DNA of 63,920 bases, filler included, from Bigelowiella natans CCMP2755 (lineage: Eukaryota > Protista > Cercozoa), in NCBI GenBank assembly GCA_000320545.1. It is 6 parts of 6 records of this genome, joined end to end, with 100 filler letters (N's around TTAATTAATTAA, not from the genome) between each part and the next. Parts side by side here need not be neighbours in the genome. Positions count along the whole stretch, not along the records: positions 26,494 to 54,224 come from ADNK01001299.1; 5 more parts are not named here. One strand, 5' to 3'. The position numbers were made by a program, and so were the translations under genes. The stretch's first letter is position 1, and each line of letters begins with the position of its first letter. The notes beneath the pieces were generated by a model. It was not told where the DNA came from and searched no databases. It was given only the letters and a program-made list of their open reading frames with translations. This document shows positions 30,153 through 42,419 of this stretch, in pieces.

Positions 30153-30936
30153 GTCATCTCACTTGGTTCGAGGCACTGCATTTGGACACTGCAGGTGTCT
30201 TGTCACACTTTGGGAACGTGGTTTTTCATCATTGTTCATTGTTCGATGCTTCATTTCACAAACACCAGTCTGCCAATTCTCAAATCTTGCTGATTTCACC
30301 AGTTGGCCCACACTGCATGAAGTCAGTTCGAGGCACGTGCTGCTTGCTGGACTGCGTTTCGCACACAGCACTTTGGAGGTGTCTTGCAACGTTTTGGAAG
30401 TGTGGTCCATCGTGATGTCCAAGTGTTCACGTTCATTTGCAACGTTGCATTTCAGGAACGCAGTTCTTCATCACGTTGGTTTGTTTGTTTGTTTGTTTCT
30501 TTGACAACCAGCTGTTCCAGTGTTGTGCTCTCAACAATTTGGAAGTGTGGTTCTCCATTTTGTTTGTTTGTCGTGCGGTTTTCACTTCAGCCCTGTCACA
30601 CCCTGCACAAACGTGCGCGCAACACTTCCAGACTTCTTTCTTTCTTTGCGCACGTGTTCTTGGAGAGGAAGCATGCATGTTTTGTTCGTGGGTGCAGATC
30701 TGGAGATCCGCCAGAGATGTGCAGTGTCACCAGACCAGAGTTGTGTTGCCCAGCTAGCTGGTTGCCGCCAGCACTTCTGCCACCTTTCTTGACGACTTGT
30801 GTTTTGTCATTCACCTTCAGCTGCACCTTTGGGGTGCTTCGAGTGCTTCATTCATTTGACCATCACTTTGTTCATTCATGCATGCGGTGGAAATGGAAAT
30901 GACAGAAGTTTTCGCAAGCAATTGGCAACAGTTGTG
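30153..30936. other. TpA-free tract (probably decayed coding or repeat sequence)
   Basis: Only one TA dinucleotide (30755-56, inside CTAG) in 784 nt that are T-rich. It contains four diverged copies of an internal repeat. Confidence 0.85.
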
Positions 30937-31399
30937 TAAGATTGCTAGATTGACTAGTTGGCAGGTCCCGAGGTGCGTGATGTGCGCATGCTGGCATGGG
31001 CATGCCAGCCTGCATCGCCACCATTCACACGCAACGTGATCCATTGAGACATGAATACAGTTCGGACATGCGTGCGCAAAATTCAAGTTTCTCAATTTCA
31101 ACATGTCGATTATTTCCAAATTGTGATCAGTAGTCACATCACCGGCCATCGGGGTCACATCGTAGCTCAGCTAGTCAGGAGCAGCACATGCGTTGCATTT
31201 TTCCAATGACCCATCCTGTGTGCATGCATTCAAGCCATAACACCAATGAATCCTCGAGCCTGATCTTCGGTCATTAGCCTGCAACACAGCAGACAATGGA
31301 GATAATGTCACGTTCAATTCAATCACTGATAATTGACGTCCACCAACAGGGCGCCCATGAAAAATCGAGTGCGCACGGCATCTAGACGTGCAACACGCG

Positions 31400-31773
31400 C
31401 TTGCATACATTGTCGTGATGTTGTTGAATGCATCAGGTCCAGGATAGCCTGAAGGGAGAGGCGCGCTAGATAAAAAATAGAGCTGTGTGCAGATTCCAAA
31501 TTTAAGGGCATGTTCACCTGACACAGTATAATTGGATTTGAGTACACAGCAAGCAAGAATAGAGTGCTAGATGTCTAGATGACGCACCAGAGAGGTTTAT
31601 CAGATACTGTGATAGCTGCAGTACCTCCAATTCACTAAGTGGTTGCACCTAATTGTGATCATACTAAAACATCATCATCCAGCACTGAAATCTATGTTAC
31701 ACTTATACACACATACACTCATAAATATTTGAATATATGTATGTGCGTTGAAGTATACGTAGATATGTTTATA

Positions 31774-31854
<81 letters not shown>

Positions 31855-32818
31855 TGAACGTTTGCGAAGTAACAAAAGTGCATCCTGAGAGCAACAGTAT
31901 CGCTCTAATTTGCATCGATTGCAATATCCAATCGAACGACATTTATCCATATATCCCTCACCCACCCCATCAATCCTCGCAACTCTTATGGTCCAACATC
32001 AAGGCACCTGCTCAACCGCAGTTGAGATGATTTCAGAGAAGCAGCAGCAAGGGTGAAGTCGGCTTGAGTACCGAAAATATGCCACAGGATCTTGTTCGAA
32101 CTTTAACAATGGAGAGAGGAAGGTGAAGAAGATGGGGTGGGGGAGGAAGTTCGGAGTTGTAAATAAATGGGCGAGGCGAAGAAGGGAAACCAATCTTGGG
32201 AAGATATTTACAAAAATATCATCCTATATTCATATCAATTCCCTCGACTCCATCAATCGTACATCATTAAATGGAGATTACCACAGATCGAAACACGGGC
32301 TGTTGATGAATTGTATAGAGCTGAGAGGTACAGCAACGACAGCACCCCCCGCCACAGCATCCCCCGTTGGTGCAGCACTTGAAAAGGCAACCGCAGCATG
32401 TCTGGTCCCTTTTAAACACGAATCTGCCACAATGCAAAGGAAGATTAGCTGTAACGCTGGAATAAAATCTTGAGTCAGGCCGGCTTCATGAAACTTGACG
32501 AGGCGGTAAACTGGAGCAACAATTGCCCTGAATATCAGGCCAGTTTTTGCATGCGAATCACAGACCTCGAAGTATTACTGCCGTCGACGAATTTTCCGAG
32601 TATAACCTGTATAACATAGTATTTATCAAGAGTAATAGTCTACTCACCCATATACCACCAAGCACAACATCAACAACAATGATAAAGACGAAAGCATTGC
32701 ATAAAAAAGGGTTCTACTGGTCCGGAGTAGCACGGTCGGGTCAGAGGGCAGTTATACCTGAAACGACACCACCATTTCATATGCGAGAATTTTTGAATGT
32801 TTGCTTGCATGAGCCCTT

Positions 32819-32863
<45 letters not shown>

Positions 32864-33557
32864 TGGAAAATGGAAAAGATCGTGGGACAAACAGGGAAGG
32901 TTTTTCTGATTTGCTCACATAAAAGGATTTTCGCAGCAATCTGGTGGCCTATATGTCGCCAAGCGTTCCTGTTTTAGGAAATTTGTTGGTAAACACTAAC
33001 GAAATTATTCAGAGTAGCTCAGGTTCGTAGAACCTCGGACTTATCGTACGCCCAAACGTAAAAGCAGCATGGAAGCCAAGCACAGTCGTGTCTTAGGCGA
33101 AGTTGTGAGTCGTCTGCCTCCACCGCCGACTTATATAGCACCGATGGGTACACGCATTCATAGGGACAGCTAAAACAAAGCTTAGACATAGGAGTTAGAG
33201 TAATTAAGTTGGTGATAATGATCTTTTAGGATGTGAGATAATGGAGGAGGATTACTTTGGCTGGATTTCCACATATAAACACATCAAACACCGCACAGTG
33301 GCTAAACCATTCCAGTTCGCAGTGCTCACCTCGCAGCACGTAGGGATCGATTTGAAGTAATCTTTTCCGTTGAGATTGATTGTTGACCCGTACCGAAACA
33401 ATGCACTGACCGCCTTCTGCAAGTTCGTTCATGTGGACGCAGTCATACAAGGGGGAAAATACTTCTATTTATGACAGACAGATTATTTCCTGCCGCCCAT
33501 TACCGTCTTCGCGTCCGTCTTAGTAGCACCCATGTAGGCCAGGTTTACTTCAGCCAT
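31400..33557 (-). CDS. Hypothetical Cys-rich membrane protein, multi-exon; ends uncertain
   Basis: Splice-bounded segments AFVFIIVVDVVLGGIW (~32670), FVFKRDQTCCGCLFKCCTNGGCCGGGCCRCC (~32330-32422) and FEQDPVAYFRYSSRLHPCCCFSE (~32050). Confidence 0.45.
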
Positions 33558-34673
33558 TTTGCTCGCTTCGTTCGCGTGTACGTCGGGAGTAGCTAGCAAA
33601 AAATACTGCAGGTGCACTAAAAAGGCCACCGTTAATTAGGGTGTTGAGGCAAGGATTTCGTGCTCGCAGAAATTCGATGACGCAGACAACGAATTCATTG
33701 TTTTTTTGTATTTTTAGAGATATCCCGATTCTCGTAGGCTTTTCCTAGGTTCACATATTTTATTACGTAAAATCCTCAAAAATTCTGCGACCAAGTTCAA
33801 GTGAAATGGCGAAATAGGTATGGGATTTTTCGTAATATAAAAGGCTAATATCTCTTGTCGTAGCTATAATATAGCCAGGTTTCGATATCAAAATTGGCAC
33901 GTGCCTCCGACCTCAAATCCCACATCAAACATCACTAAAGGAAGTACCGTCTCAATTTTTGCACATACTGCCCTAAGTCAGCCAGGCAAGAGCCACTAAC
34001 AGCCAAGCGCTCTATACTTTTTGATAGATGCGACAGATACTGTTGCAAAGAATTCGTGTAATTTCCATTCCGTTCTCTCTCATCAGTGATTAGAGGGTTG
34101 CCTCGTGAAATGCAAACTTTCTCCGTGGTATTTCACATGTCGCTTGTACTTCCTTTTTTCGCTTGCGTTTCGCCTGAGTGGAGCTGTTTAAAATTGGGAT
34201 GTGTGCCCATCTGAAGAACAGTCCCTAATCTTTCGGCAAGGGCAAAACACCGTTAATTTGTGCGGTTTGTTGAGGAAACATAGATGTCGCGTAAATGTAC
34301 TGCCCTTTTCCGTACGAATAGCGGCTCCTACTGCACAAATACCACGTGTTCGAAACCTAGCATCCCAGCTTCGTGTTTAGAGTTTTAAAACGTTCTAGCC
34401 ATGTCTCACAGCAAAGATCGCACGGATTAATTTCATTTGACGATTCGCGAAGGCAAACAAGCACATTAGATCTTACATTTTTATCAAGTATTTCGAAGTA
34501 AACTCGCCACAACCCAAGTCTTCCTCCTTTTTGCGTGTAGTCCAAGCGACGCGTGTGACTACATTGGCCTTCACTTGACGAGACATGACTCTCCCCACCC
34601 AGGTGTGCAGTTCCCGAATCCAATTCACTTGAACCTGAACTTCTCTGCTTTCTTTCAAATAAAAGTTACATAG

Positions 34674-35415
34674 AAATCCTCCGGCAAAGAAACCAGTAGC
34701 TCGCAAAAAGGAATTGGAACGCGCAAAGTTTCCTGAAGTTCGTTTGGAAGGGACTTCCAAGCAAGGCCTGTTAAAATGCGAGGATGCGATAGTCCTGAGC
34801 AAGCTTCGGCTAATGGAGGGCGAGTTCGAGAATTGGATCTCAAAGTATGGTGTTTTAAATGTACATAGTAATAGTTAGTTTTGTTTTCTACTTCCTTGTT
34901 TGATTTCTTGCAGTCTGCTGACTAGGTTTGACAATCCATTACAAGCGACAACGGACATTAAAAAAGACCCCTCACCTATTTTAACCAAGAAAGTATCGAA
35001 GCGGGAAATCCCTTTGTCGCGAAGACGCAGATCCAGGCTTCCTCGGAAAGCACGAGAGGTAGCCTGATCTGTTACTACTGTTGACTCTGTGGAGGTAAAG
35101 CTTTTAAATTTTCAGATTCTGCAGAGCTGGTTCGATAGCCATCTCGAGGATCCTTACCCATCATGGCACACCACGGTACTGCTGTTCGTTTTAATTGTCG
35201 CCTGCTACTATTTACATCATTACTGTCTTTCATTGTCAAAGGAGGAGCTTATGAAAACGACAAAGCTGACTGAGAAGCAAATCAGAACCTGGTATCAAGT
35301 ACTTACACTACAAATCAAAAGTGGGGTTTGATAATCGATCTTCTTTTTCTTACATAGGTTTACGAATCGGCGCAAACGCGATAAGACTTGGAAGAAAATC
35401 TACTACAAAAAGTGA
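34674..35415 (+). CDS. TALE-class homeodomain transcription factor (start not resolved)
   Basis: Spliced: RRRRSRLPRKARE/ILQSWFDSHLEDPYPSWHTT/EELMKTTKLTEKQIRTW/FTNRRKR...TGA at 35413-15. It has the PYP TALE loop and the WFxN recognition helix. Confidence 0.9.
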
Positions 35416-36725
35416 AAATTCTCTTCTTGCAACAGATAAAATACGACAATATACATCATTCATTATCGCTGAAACTAGATCTTGCAGCCCTAGGAGCAGA
35501 GAGAAACGAGAGTAGTTCGCAAAGGATTCTATGTTTGAATATATGAAATATCCCAAATTCATAGTTCCTTCCTCGCAATGAAGTAGACAGACAGGACCGA
35601 TTGTTTTTCTACGAAATCAAGATAGCCACGATCCTGGATTTTTTAACTTATGGATGCGTTTGTAGCTAGTCTATATTTAGCAGTGAACTTCTAGTACTAC
35701 AGACATTTCACAGATTCTGTGATGACGTGTTTTAAGTTTTCATTGCAATATTATGTAGACCGAGCTTTATGTGCTAGGTTACTAGTACATGGTACTTAAG
35801 TTAGAATTACAGGAAAGAATTTCACGCAATTCTTTATATTAAATTATTAATTAGTGGATGTTTTAAGGTTATTTAGTTGAGCAAATACATCAAACATGTT
35901 ATGACTTGTTAGTAAAGTTTATCTCCTAAGAAGTGCAGTGGGTGCTTCGACTTTGTATAACTATAAATGATAGCCGGATTTCTTACACATACATACACAG
36001 CCTGCGCAGCGTGCTAGTGTGAATCGTAGAACATCTGCGTTGCTGTTCAGGCAGTGTTCCACATTGCCTCTGCTCTGTCATTCAATGACAATAACACCGG
36101 ATGTGTGACTGTGCATGCCAAGCACTAACGCAACCATGCAGGCATTCGATCTGCCGCCATGTGCTCTGCGTGCCTTCGCAGCACTAACAGCATGCCTTGT
36201 GCGGAACAACACCTGCGCGCGATGTTGCATCGTAAATGTACACATAGCTGCTGCTTGCACTGGATTCTAGCAGCTAGTCTGCATGCCGCAGCAATGCATG
36301 GTGCACACGTGCACGTTGTTTCCGCTGTGACACCCTACTCACACAAACAGGCCACGTGCATGCAGCCTAGCCTCACCTTTTGCACATTACTGCTACCGTG
36401 TGTGTACTGTTATTAATCTAGCCCCGTTGTCATTAGCCTCGTACGTTGTTACACATCATTTAGATCCATGTGCTGCTAAAGCATATTTTCGACACAGCTA
36501 CATCTAGAAATGAAATTTTAATGCTAATGATACTTCGTGATTGCTGAATAGGAACACAATGCGATGTAGTCTTGAACAACTCTTTTGATGTGAATCGAAG
36601 ACAGAGGTCAACTTTTTTTTGTATGACAGATGATAATGTGTCACGATGTTGTTACGTTTTGGCTTGCTTGATTAATTTACCAATCCACACCGTTCTTACA
36701 ATTTGTTTCGTTTGAATCTCAAAGC

Positions 36726-37289
36726 CTACCGCCGCGATTTACTAATAAGGGGCTTTGTTAGCTTCTTGATCTGCGCTTGCAGCTTCTCAGTGGCGTCCCA
36801 AATGCTTTTGTTCCGATCGCGCTCCTTCCTCCAACTGAAACCCCCACAAGAAGAAAAAGTTAGTTGCAATTGTTAGAGACATGTCGGATTTTTTGAGATT
36901 GTTCTCACCGTTCCTCAGATTCAACAACTTTCTGCTCCATACTTTTCAGCTCATTCTCTAGCCTAGCGATTGTCGCGTCTTTCTCCTACATTATGAGTAC
37001 AGTGTATGCTGATGGCATGTGAACGTTGACAGTTCTATACCTCCAGTTTCGTAATCCAGTAGGCCCCTACATTTTTCTTCAGTGCCGCGATAGCAGCGTC
37101 AAGTTCTAGGAAGTAAGGCAAAAGTAGGCAAGGTAAGAACAAAAGGGATGAAAATTGATTCGGAACACCTTCAAACTGCCCATCTCCAATGTCGTTGCTC
37201 AGGGCGGCGTTCCGTTTGCCTTCGCTGTTCGTTGTCTCATCCTCGATTCCCCCCGCGCTTGGACTGCTAGAGTTTTCCAGACTGGTCAT
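36726..37289 (-). CDS. Small coiled-coil protein, about 4 exons
   Basis: MTSLENSS..GQFE / LDAAIAALKKN / EKDATIARLENELKSMEQKVVESEER / WRKERDRNKSIWDATEKLQAQIKKL..stop, with GT-AG introns. Confidence 0.6.
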
Positions 37290-38005
37290 GCCCCTTCGCC
37301 AACGACTCCTTGTATAAAACCAGGTTCGGCACAACAATCCAGAATACAAATCAATTTATTGACAGATAGAGTGAGCTGTGAAATGCACTCATTCATTTCA
37401 ACCTCCCCCCCCCTAGAGGATTGGATTGCTGTGATATCAGAGGAGGATCCCCCGAGATCCCACCGCAATCAGCTACAAATGCTGCCATAGTACTAACTAT
37501 GCTCAAAAAGACGATTTCGGATTTTTCGCCTCGTCTCGGGTCAAATTAAGAGTTTCCAACCAACCGTAGACCTGACACCCACTCTCTAATCTACATGCAC
37601 CATGGGCCACGCGCCGGAGGAAAAAGCTTCATCGAATCTGCTCATCCTCCGGCTCGATCGTAACCCAAATCTACGGCGCTGGCGGCGGAATCGGAAGCGG
37701 AAGAAGGGGGGGGTGACCAGCGTTGCTCGTAGGTATATCCCGAAACTAGCCGAAAAAATCGGACGGTACTTTGACGCGTTCGCGTATTGACCATCAATTT
37801 TTACTTCCTATTTTTTTGGCAATAAATCTATGTCGCAGATGAGGATTCGCAGGCGCGGCAGTTCTATTTCTCCAACCCGCTACACAAAATCAAACTTAAC
37901 AGCTAGACGTCGTCTAGTTTGGGCGAGTGGGTCACCCCCCCCCCCCGCTCTCAACTTCGGACTCGAGCGCCCGCGCCCAAAGCACAGTGCGTTTCTGGTA
38001 GTGTA

Positions 38006-38546
38006 GGAGAGGGGTTTTGAGGCAGTGCCGCATCTTTCCCTCGAGGTCGATCGTCACGCTGTGCGTCTGCCACCCGTTCGACTGTTCGACCAATTGTGTT
38101 CGACTCATTGCTGCTCCACTTCAGCACAAGCTCAGGAAGGTGGGAGAGGGCCAATTGGAGAGGGCAACTTGCACGACGCTGCGTTGCTTTGGACAAACTT
38201 TGTTGGATGATGCAAGTGCGTGCACCACAATGACATTTGCATTTCGCGGATCGCGACTTGGCACTCCTGAACGAAAATGCATCCTCATGGTTGGCACGTT
38301 GACCGAGGAGGGTGGAGGGTGGCGGGTGGATGAGTGTTCACATCCAATGATCCTTTGAAGCACACCAATAAAACTTCTCCACTCATTCATTCGTTTCGAC
38401 TGCACCATGCTGGCATTGTCATGGACATCACCATTGGCTGAAGGTTTGCACGGTGGCGGCGGACAACGCTGCACTCCTTTGTTTCTCACTTGCGTGCCTC
38501 GTCCAGTGTGCGCTGGTACGTGTCAGCAGGCGGACTTGAGTATGCA

Positions 38547-38588
<42 letters not shown>

Positions 38589-39370
38589 GGAGTTTTGCGA
38601 CTGTCGGTCATTGTGGTTGCCCAATTCAAACATTGAACCACTTTCTGCGCACACCTACTAGATCATCACATCATCATGAGCACTGCATCGAGTCTTGCTT
38701 CTGTTCGTTTTTGCCACGTCACCTCGTGCGCGGTGCTTGCACGGGCACACAAAAATCAAGTGCGTTCGTGATTTTTCGTTGATTGAACGTTGTGCACTGT
38801 GCTGAAAAATTCAATGCTGAATGAAGTCACCACATCGATTCAGAGGTCTAGACTAGTAGAGGTGCTCTTGCTGTGCGCAAGCACATCGTGTATGAAAAAA
38901 AAGCTATGCATACGTCTCAAACCGTTCATGTTCATCAGAAGTGTGATCGTTGTACTCACACAGTTTCTTTCTTACTTGCTTTTCATGGAATGCTCAATCT
39001 TCGACGTGCACACATGATCGATGGCGTGACACTTGGATGCAGGCTAGTCAGTCACATTCAGCATTGCGCTAGTACGCTTTTATACTTTGCTGAACAAAAT
39101 TTCAGTGAAAGTCAGTTCATTCAGAGCGATCATTTTTGAAAACGTCACTCTACTTCATTTCTTCATTGTTTACAATTGCGATGTCTGCAATCACATTCTT
39201 CCTTTGTTGACTTCTTCCCGCATGATTCTTCAACCAACACAACAGAGCTTCATTCATTGTGATCATTTCTCGGAAGTTCATTTTCCTGCGAAGCAGAGGT
39301 TCATGAAACGTCATCCTGAAACGCCCTTCCCTTCCAGTCGATCATCTGGAATGTTGAAAAGTGTGTGAGA
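38006..39370. other. TpA-depleted tract (decayed sequence)
   Basis: No TA from 38006 to 38368 and one TA up to 38516. TA stays sparse beyond that, with several survivors in CTAG. Confidence 0.7.
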
Positions 39371-39949
39371 TCTCTCAGTGTCAACGTTAGCATTGAAAAT
39401 AGTAGAAGAAAATCATTTTTATCAGTAACGGCAGTGTAACTTGATGCAAGTTCAAGACACACCTCCCAAAAAAATATTAAGTTTCAAATTGAACAGCCCA
39501 AAATAGGGGAAAATGAAATATCTCTGAAGGCACTAGCAGAGTTCCAATGAGATAATTTTGCTGAACACACACCAAAGACAGTTACGACTACATCTCCGTC
39601 ATACGATTTAGATTGCCTGAGAAAAAGAAGCAAAAAGTTAGATCTACAAGGAGCTTGGTACCGTAGCGAACAACAGCGTTTACATTCAAAAAGAGACGTG
39701 TTCGGCTTTAAATGAGAGAAAACAATATTTGGAAAATAAGCAGCTTTGAATTTACACATTTCTTGTGGACGTGGGGCCTGGTGTTTGTGTGTTATACGCA
39801 CGTGTCATGTGTTTTATCAACACGTAATCATCCGCACTATATCATTTTTTTTCCCCATTTCTTCTCTCTTTCTCTCTTCCTCTCTCTCTCGGCCCCTCCC
39901 TCTCTTCCACCCGCCATCTTTCTCTGTCTCCCCCTCTTCCCCCCCCCCA

Positions 39950-40389
39950 ACCCCTTCGAAGTACAGCGTCGCGGTAGCGGGGTCAAAGTCGAGGAATACA
40001 ACTCGTGAGCTGTGCGGTTTGATCCTGCCAGCTTCGTGGTTGGGAACAAATCGGCGTAGATTTTCGGTGTTATTCGTCTCTTCGGATGGGGAAGGCAGCT
40101 CCCACATCACGATGGTGCCGTCCGCAAGCCCAGCAAATAGAATGAATCGTAAGCTTCGATCTTCCCCACCCGCCACTGGACCCGCTGCTAAGCACAAAAT
40201 ATCACGATTCACGCGGAGGTCGCCCAAGTGCCGAAAGTCTGAAGAAGAGGGAGGGTGAGAGGGAGGTGGGGATATTTTGAAGGGCAATAGAAAACGCAAG
40301 GAGGACGATGAGGAAATCTCACCACCGAACGTATGTTTGACAGGAATTACGTGTATAGCAAAGGGACAATCTGGTAATTAATTGGTTCT

Positions 40390-40422
<33 letters not shown>

Positions 40423-40964
40423 CGCATAATATAACATACTCATATGAATTCAACACTTTCGTCTCATAAAGCACATCTGTTCCGAGACGTGGTGGTGTAC
40501 TTACCGTCGTTCATGCTCCAAATCTTGATGAAGTTGCATCCGACAGTAAAGAGCAGGCCAAGATCCTTCACAGGTAAACATGCCCGCACCCATCCTGTCC
40601 ATAACGACATGACAATCAACGCGCTGTTTTTCGGCAACAACAGCGATTATGTTGGTGATATTTCTCGATGATAATGATGCATTTGAAGCTACTCATTCAT
40701 TGATACATGCGTGCATGTACATGGCCAGAATATAATATGTGAACGGCGATCGTGGGCATTAATATCGAAAACTCTTTTATGGTGTGCTTTCTTGCCGATG
40801 GGAGGAGACCTGTATGGGGGCCAAGTGTGTGCATGAGGGAGCAGTGGAAAGAGGAGGAGGAGGAGGAGGAGGAGGAGGAGGAGGATGCAGAATCCTTTTC
40901 GTTGTTATCCCCGGATGTATGGCAGCAGATTTGCCATATTCTAGCCCTATTTTTTCGATAATTT

Positions 40965-41002
<38 letters not shown>

Positions 41003-41050
41003 ATATGTATATGCATATATACATACATTATGCGTGTGTGTGTGTATGCT

Positions 41051-41119
<69 letters not shown>

Positions 41120-41235
41120 CATTTACATAAACCTATCGTCGTTCTATCTCCTTGATGGTTGTTTGTCGCAACAAGATGTTGGTTGCATAACGACTCTTAT
41201 TGTGATGTCGAAGAAGAAAGCCATAAGTCGGCAGA

Positions 41236-41279
<44 letters not shown>

Positions 41280-42050
41280 CCAATAAATGGCACAGAATGT
41301 ATCAGGATGATCATAGATTTAACTAAATCTGATGTACATTCGGTCGTGGCCCCCAGACGCGAGTATAAAAGATACTGGCTTGATCACCTCAGAAGGAGGA
41401 AAACAATCCATAGTCCAGGCTACACACACACACAACAAACATATATACACAAACACAAACACACACACACACACACACGAATACGTAAATACATATATGA
41501 ATAACCACAATATATCATAATTCCTACACAGTTTGTGAGTGAGTGTGTGTGTGTATGTGTGTGTGTGTGTGTGTGTGCACTATGCCAGGCATATTCGAGA
41601 GAAAAGCAGAAGTTCATAGCCTCACCAGCCAGCGAGAAAATGGCACCAGGGTGCGCGTCCTTTATCAGAGGGCGCCTCCCCATTCCAGCTTCCTGACAAC
41701 TTATCGACTCAGCATGCACCGAAGAAGGCATTCATTCGCTCGATCTTCGGTTTTTATTCGAAATGCTAAGCTATGCAAAATAACCTGAATGTCAATGTCG
41801 TTTCCATATCCCCCAACAAATTCAAAAGACTTTCCCAGCAAGCTGGTTCAGGGCAAAAAAGCTCAGTCAGAGGAAGGCATTTGGTGTGACCCCCAAGAAC
41901 ACACACACACCCAACCGCACGTTTACAACCTAATCGAAGTGAGGGCCAGGATTTTCGACGCTGCCGAGGAAGAGGCTGACGGCGTCACCTGCCGGCTTGC
42001 CCGCAGCCCCCTCCTTGCAGCCAAGAACGTCGGCCATGCCACCGAGCGCC
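39950..42050 (-). CDS. WD40-repeat protein, multi-exon; ends uncertain
   Basis: DAHPGAIFSLA (~41640), LASGGHDR (~41350), ARIW (~40940), PHTG/WVRAC..FIKIW (~40550), LFAGLADGTIVMWE (~40115). Confidence 0.75.
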
Positions 42051-42419
42051 TCATTTACTTACACGTGGCCTGCACTGCCCTCGGCAACAAGCAGATGGAA
42101 AAGAAGTTCTCTGTCCGATTTTCCACTCTACGACATCAGGTTTTCCTCCGTACAAAAGAGGAAACGACGACGAATTCTACAACGCGACAACAACGACAAC
42201 AGCAGCAAGGAAAATCGGCCCCATTTTAGCCCAGATCTTCGATGATTTCGAAGTCCATCCGAGCTTGCAAACGGCTTCCCGCCGAATCGGTGACAGGCGG
42301 AAGGGCATTGACTTACTCCCGATTGGGGATATTTATAGGTAAAATCGCCTTGATTTTGCAGAAAACGCAACAGCGTCGGCTTTGGAAAGACCTGCCCCCC
42401 CCACATTCGAATCGCCGTC

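Noticed and set aside
30107-30902. Cluster of overlapping 76-172 aa ORFs on both strands
   Set aside because: They are a by-product of missing TAA/TAG in the TA-free tract and show no recognisable domain.
30153-30936. CpG methylation decay or fungal RIP as the explanation for TG/CA richness
   Set aside because: CG remains common and TA is absent, whereas RIP would raise TA.
38200-38245. Minus-strand CKCHCGARTC resembling a post-SET motif
   Set aside because: It lies in a TA-depleted tract where Cys/His codons are inflated, and no SET domain is nearby.
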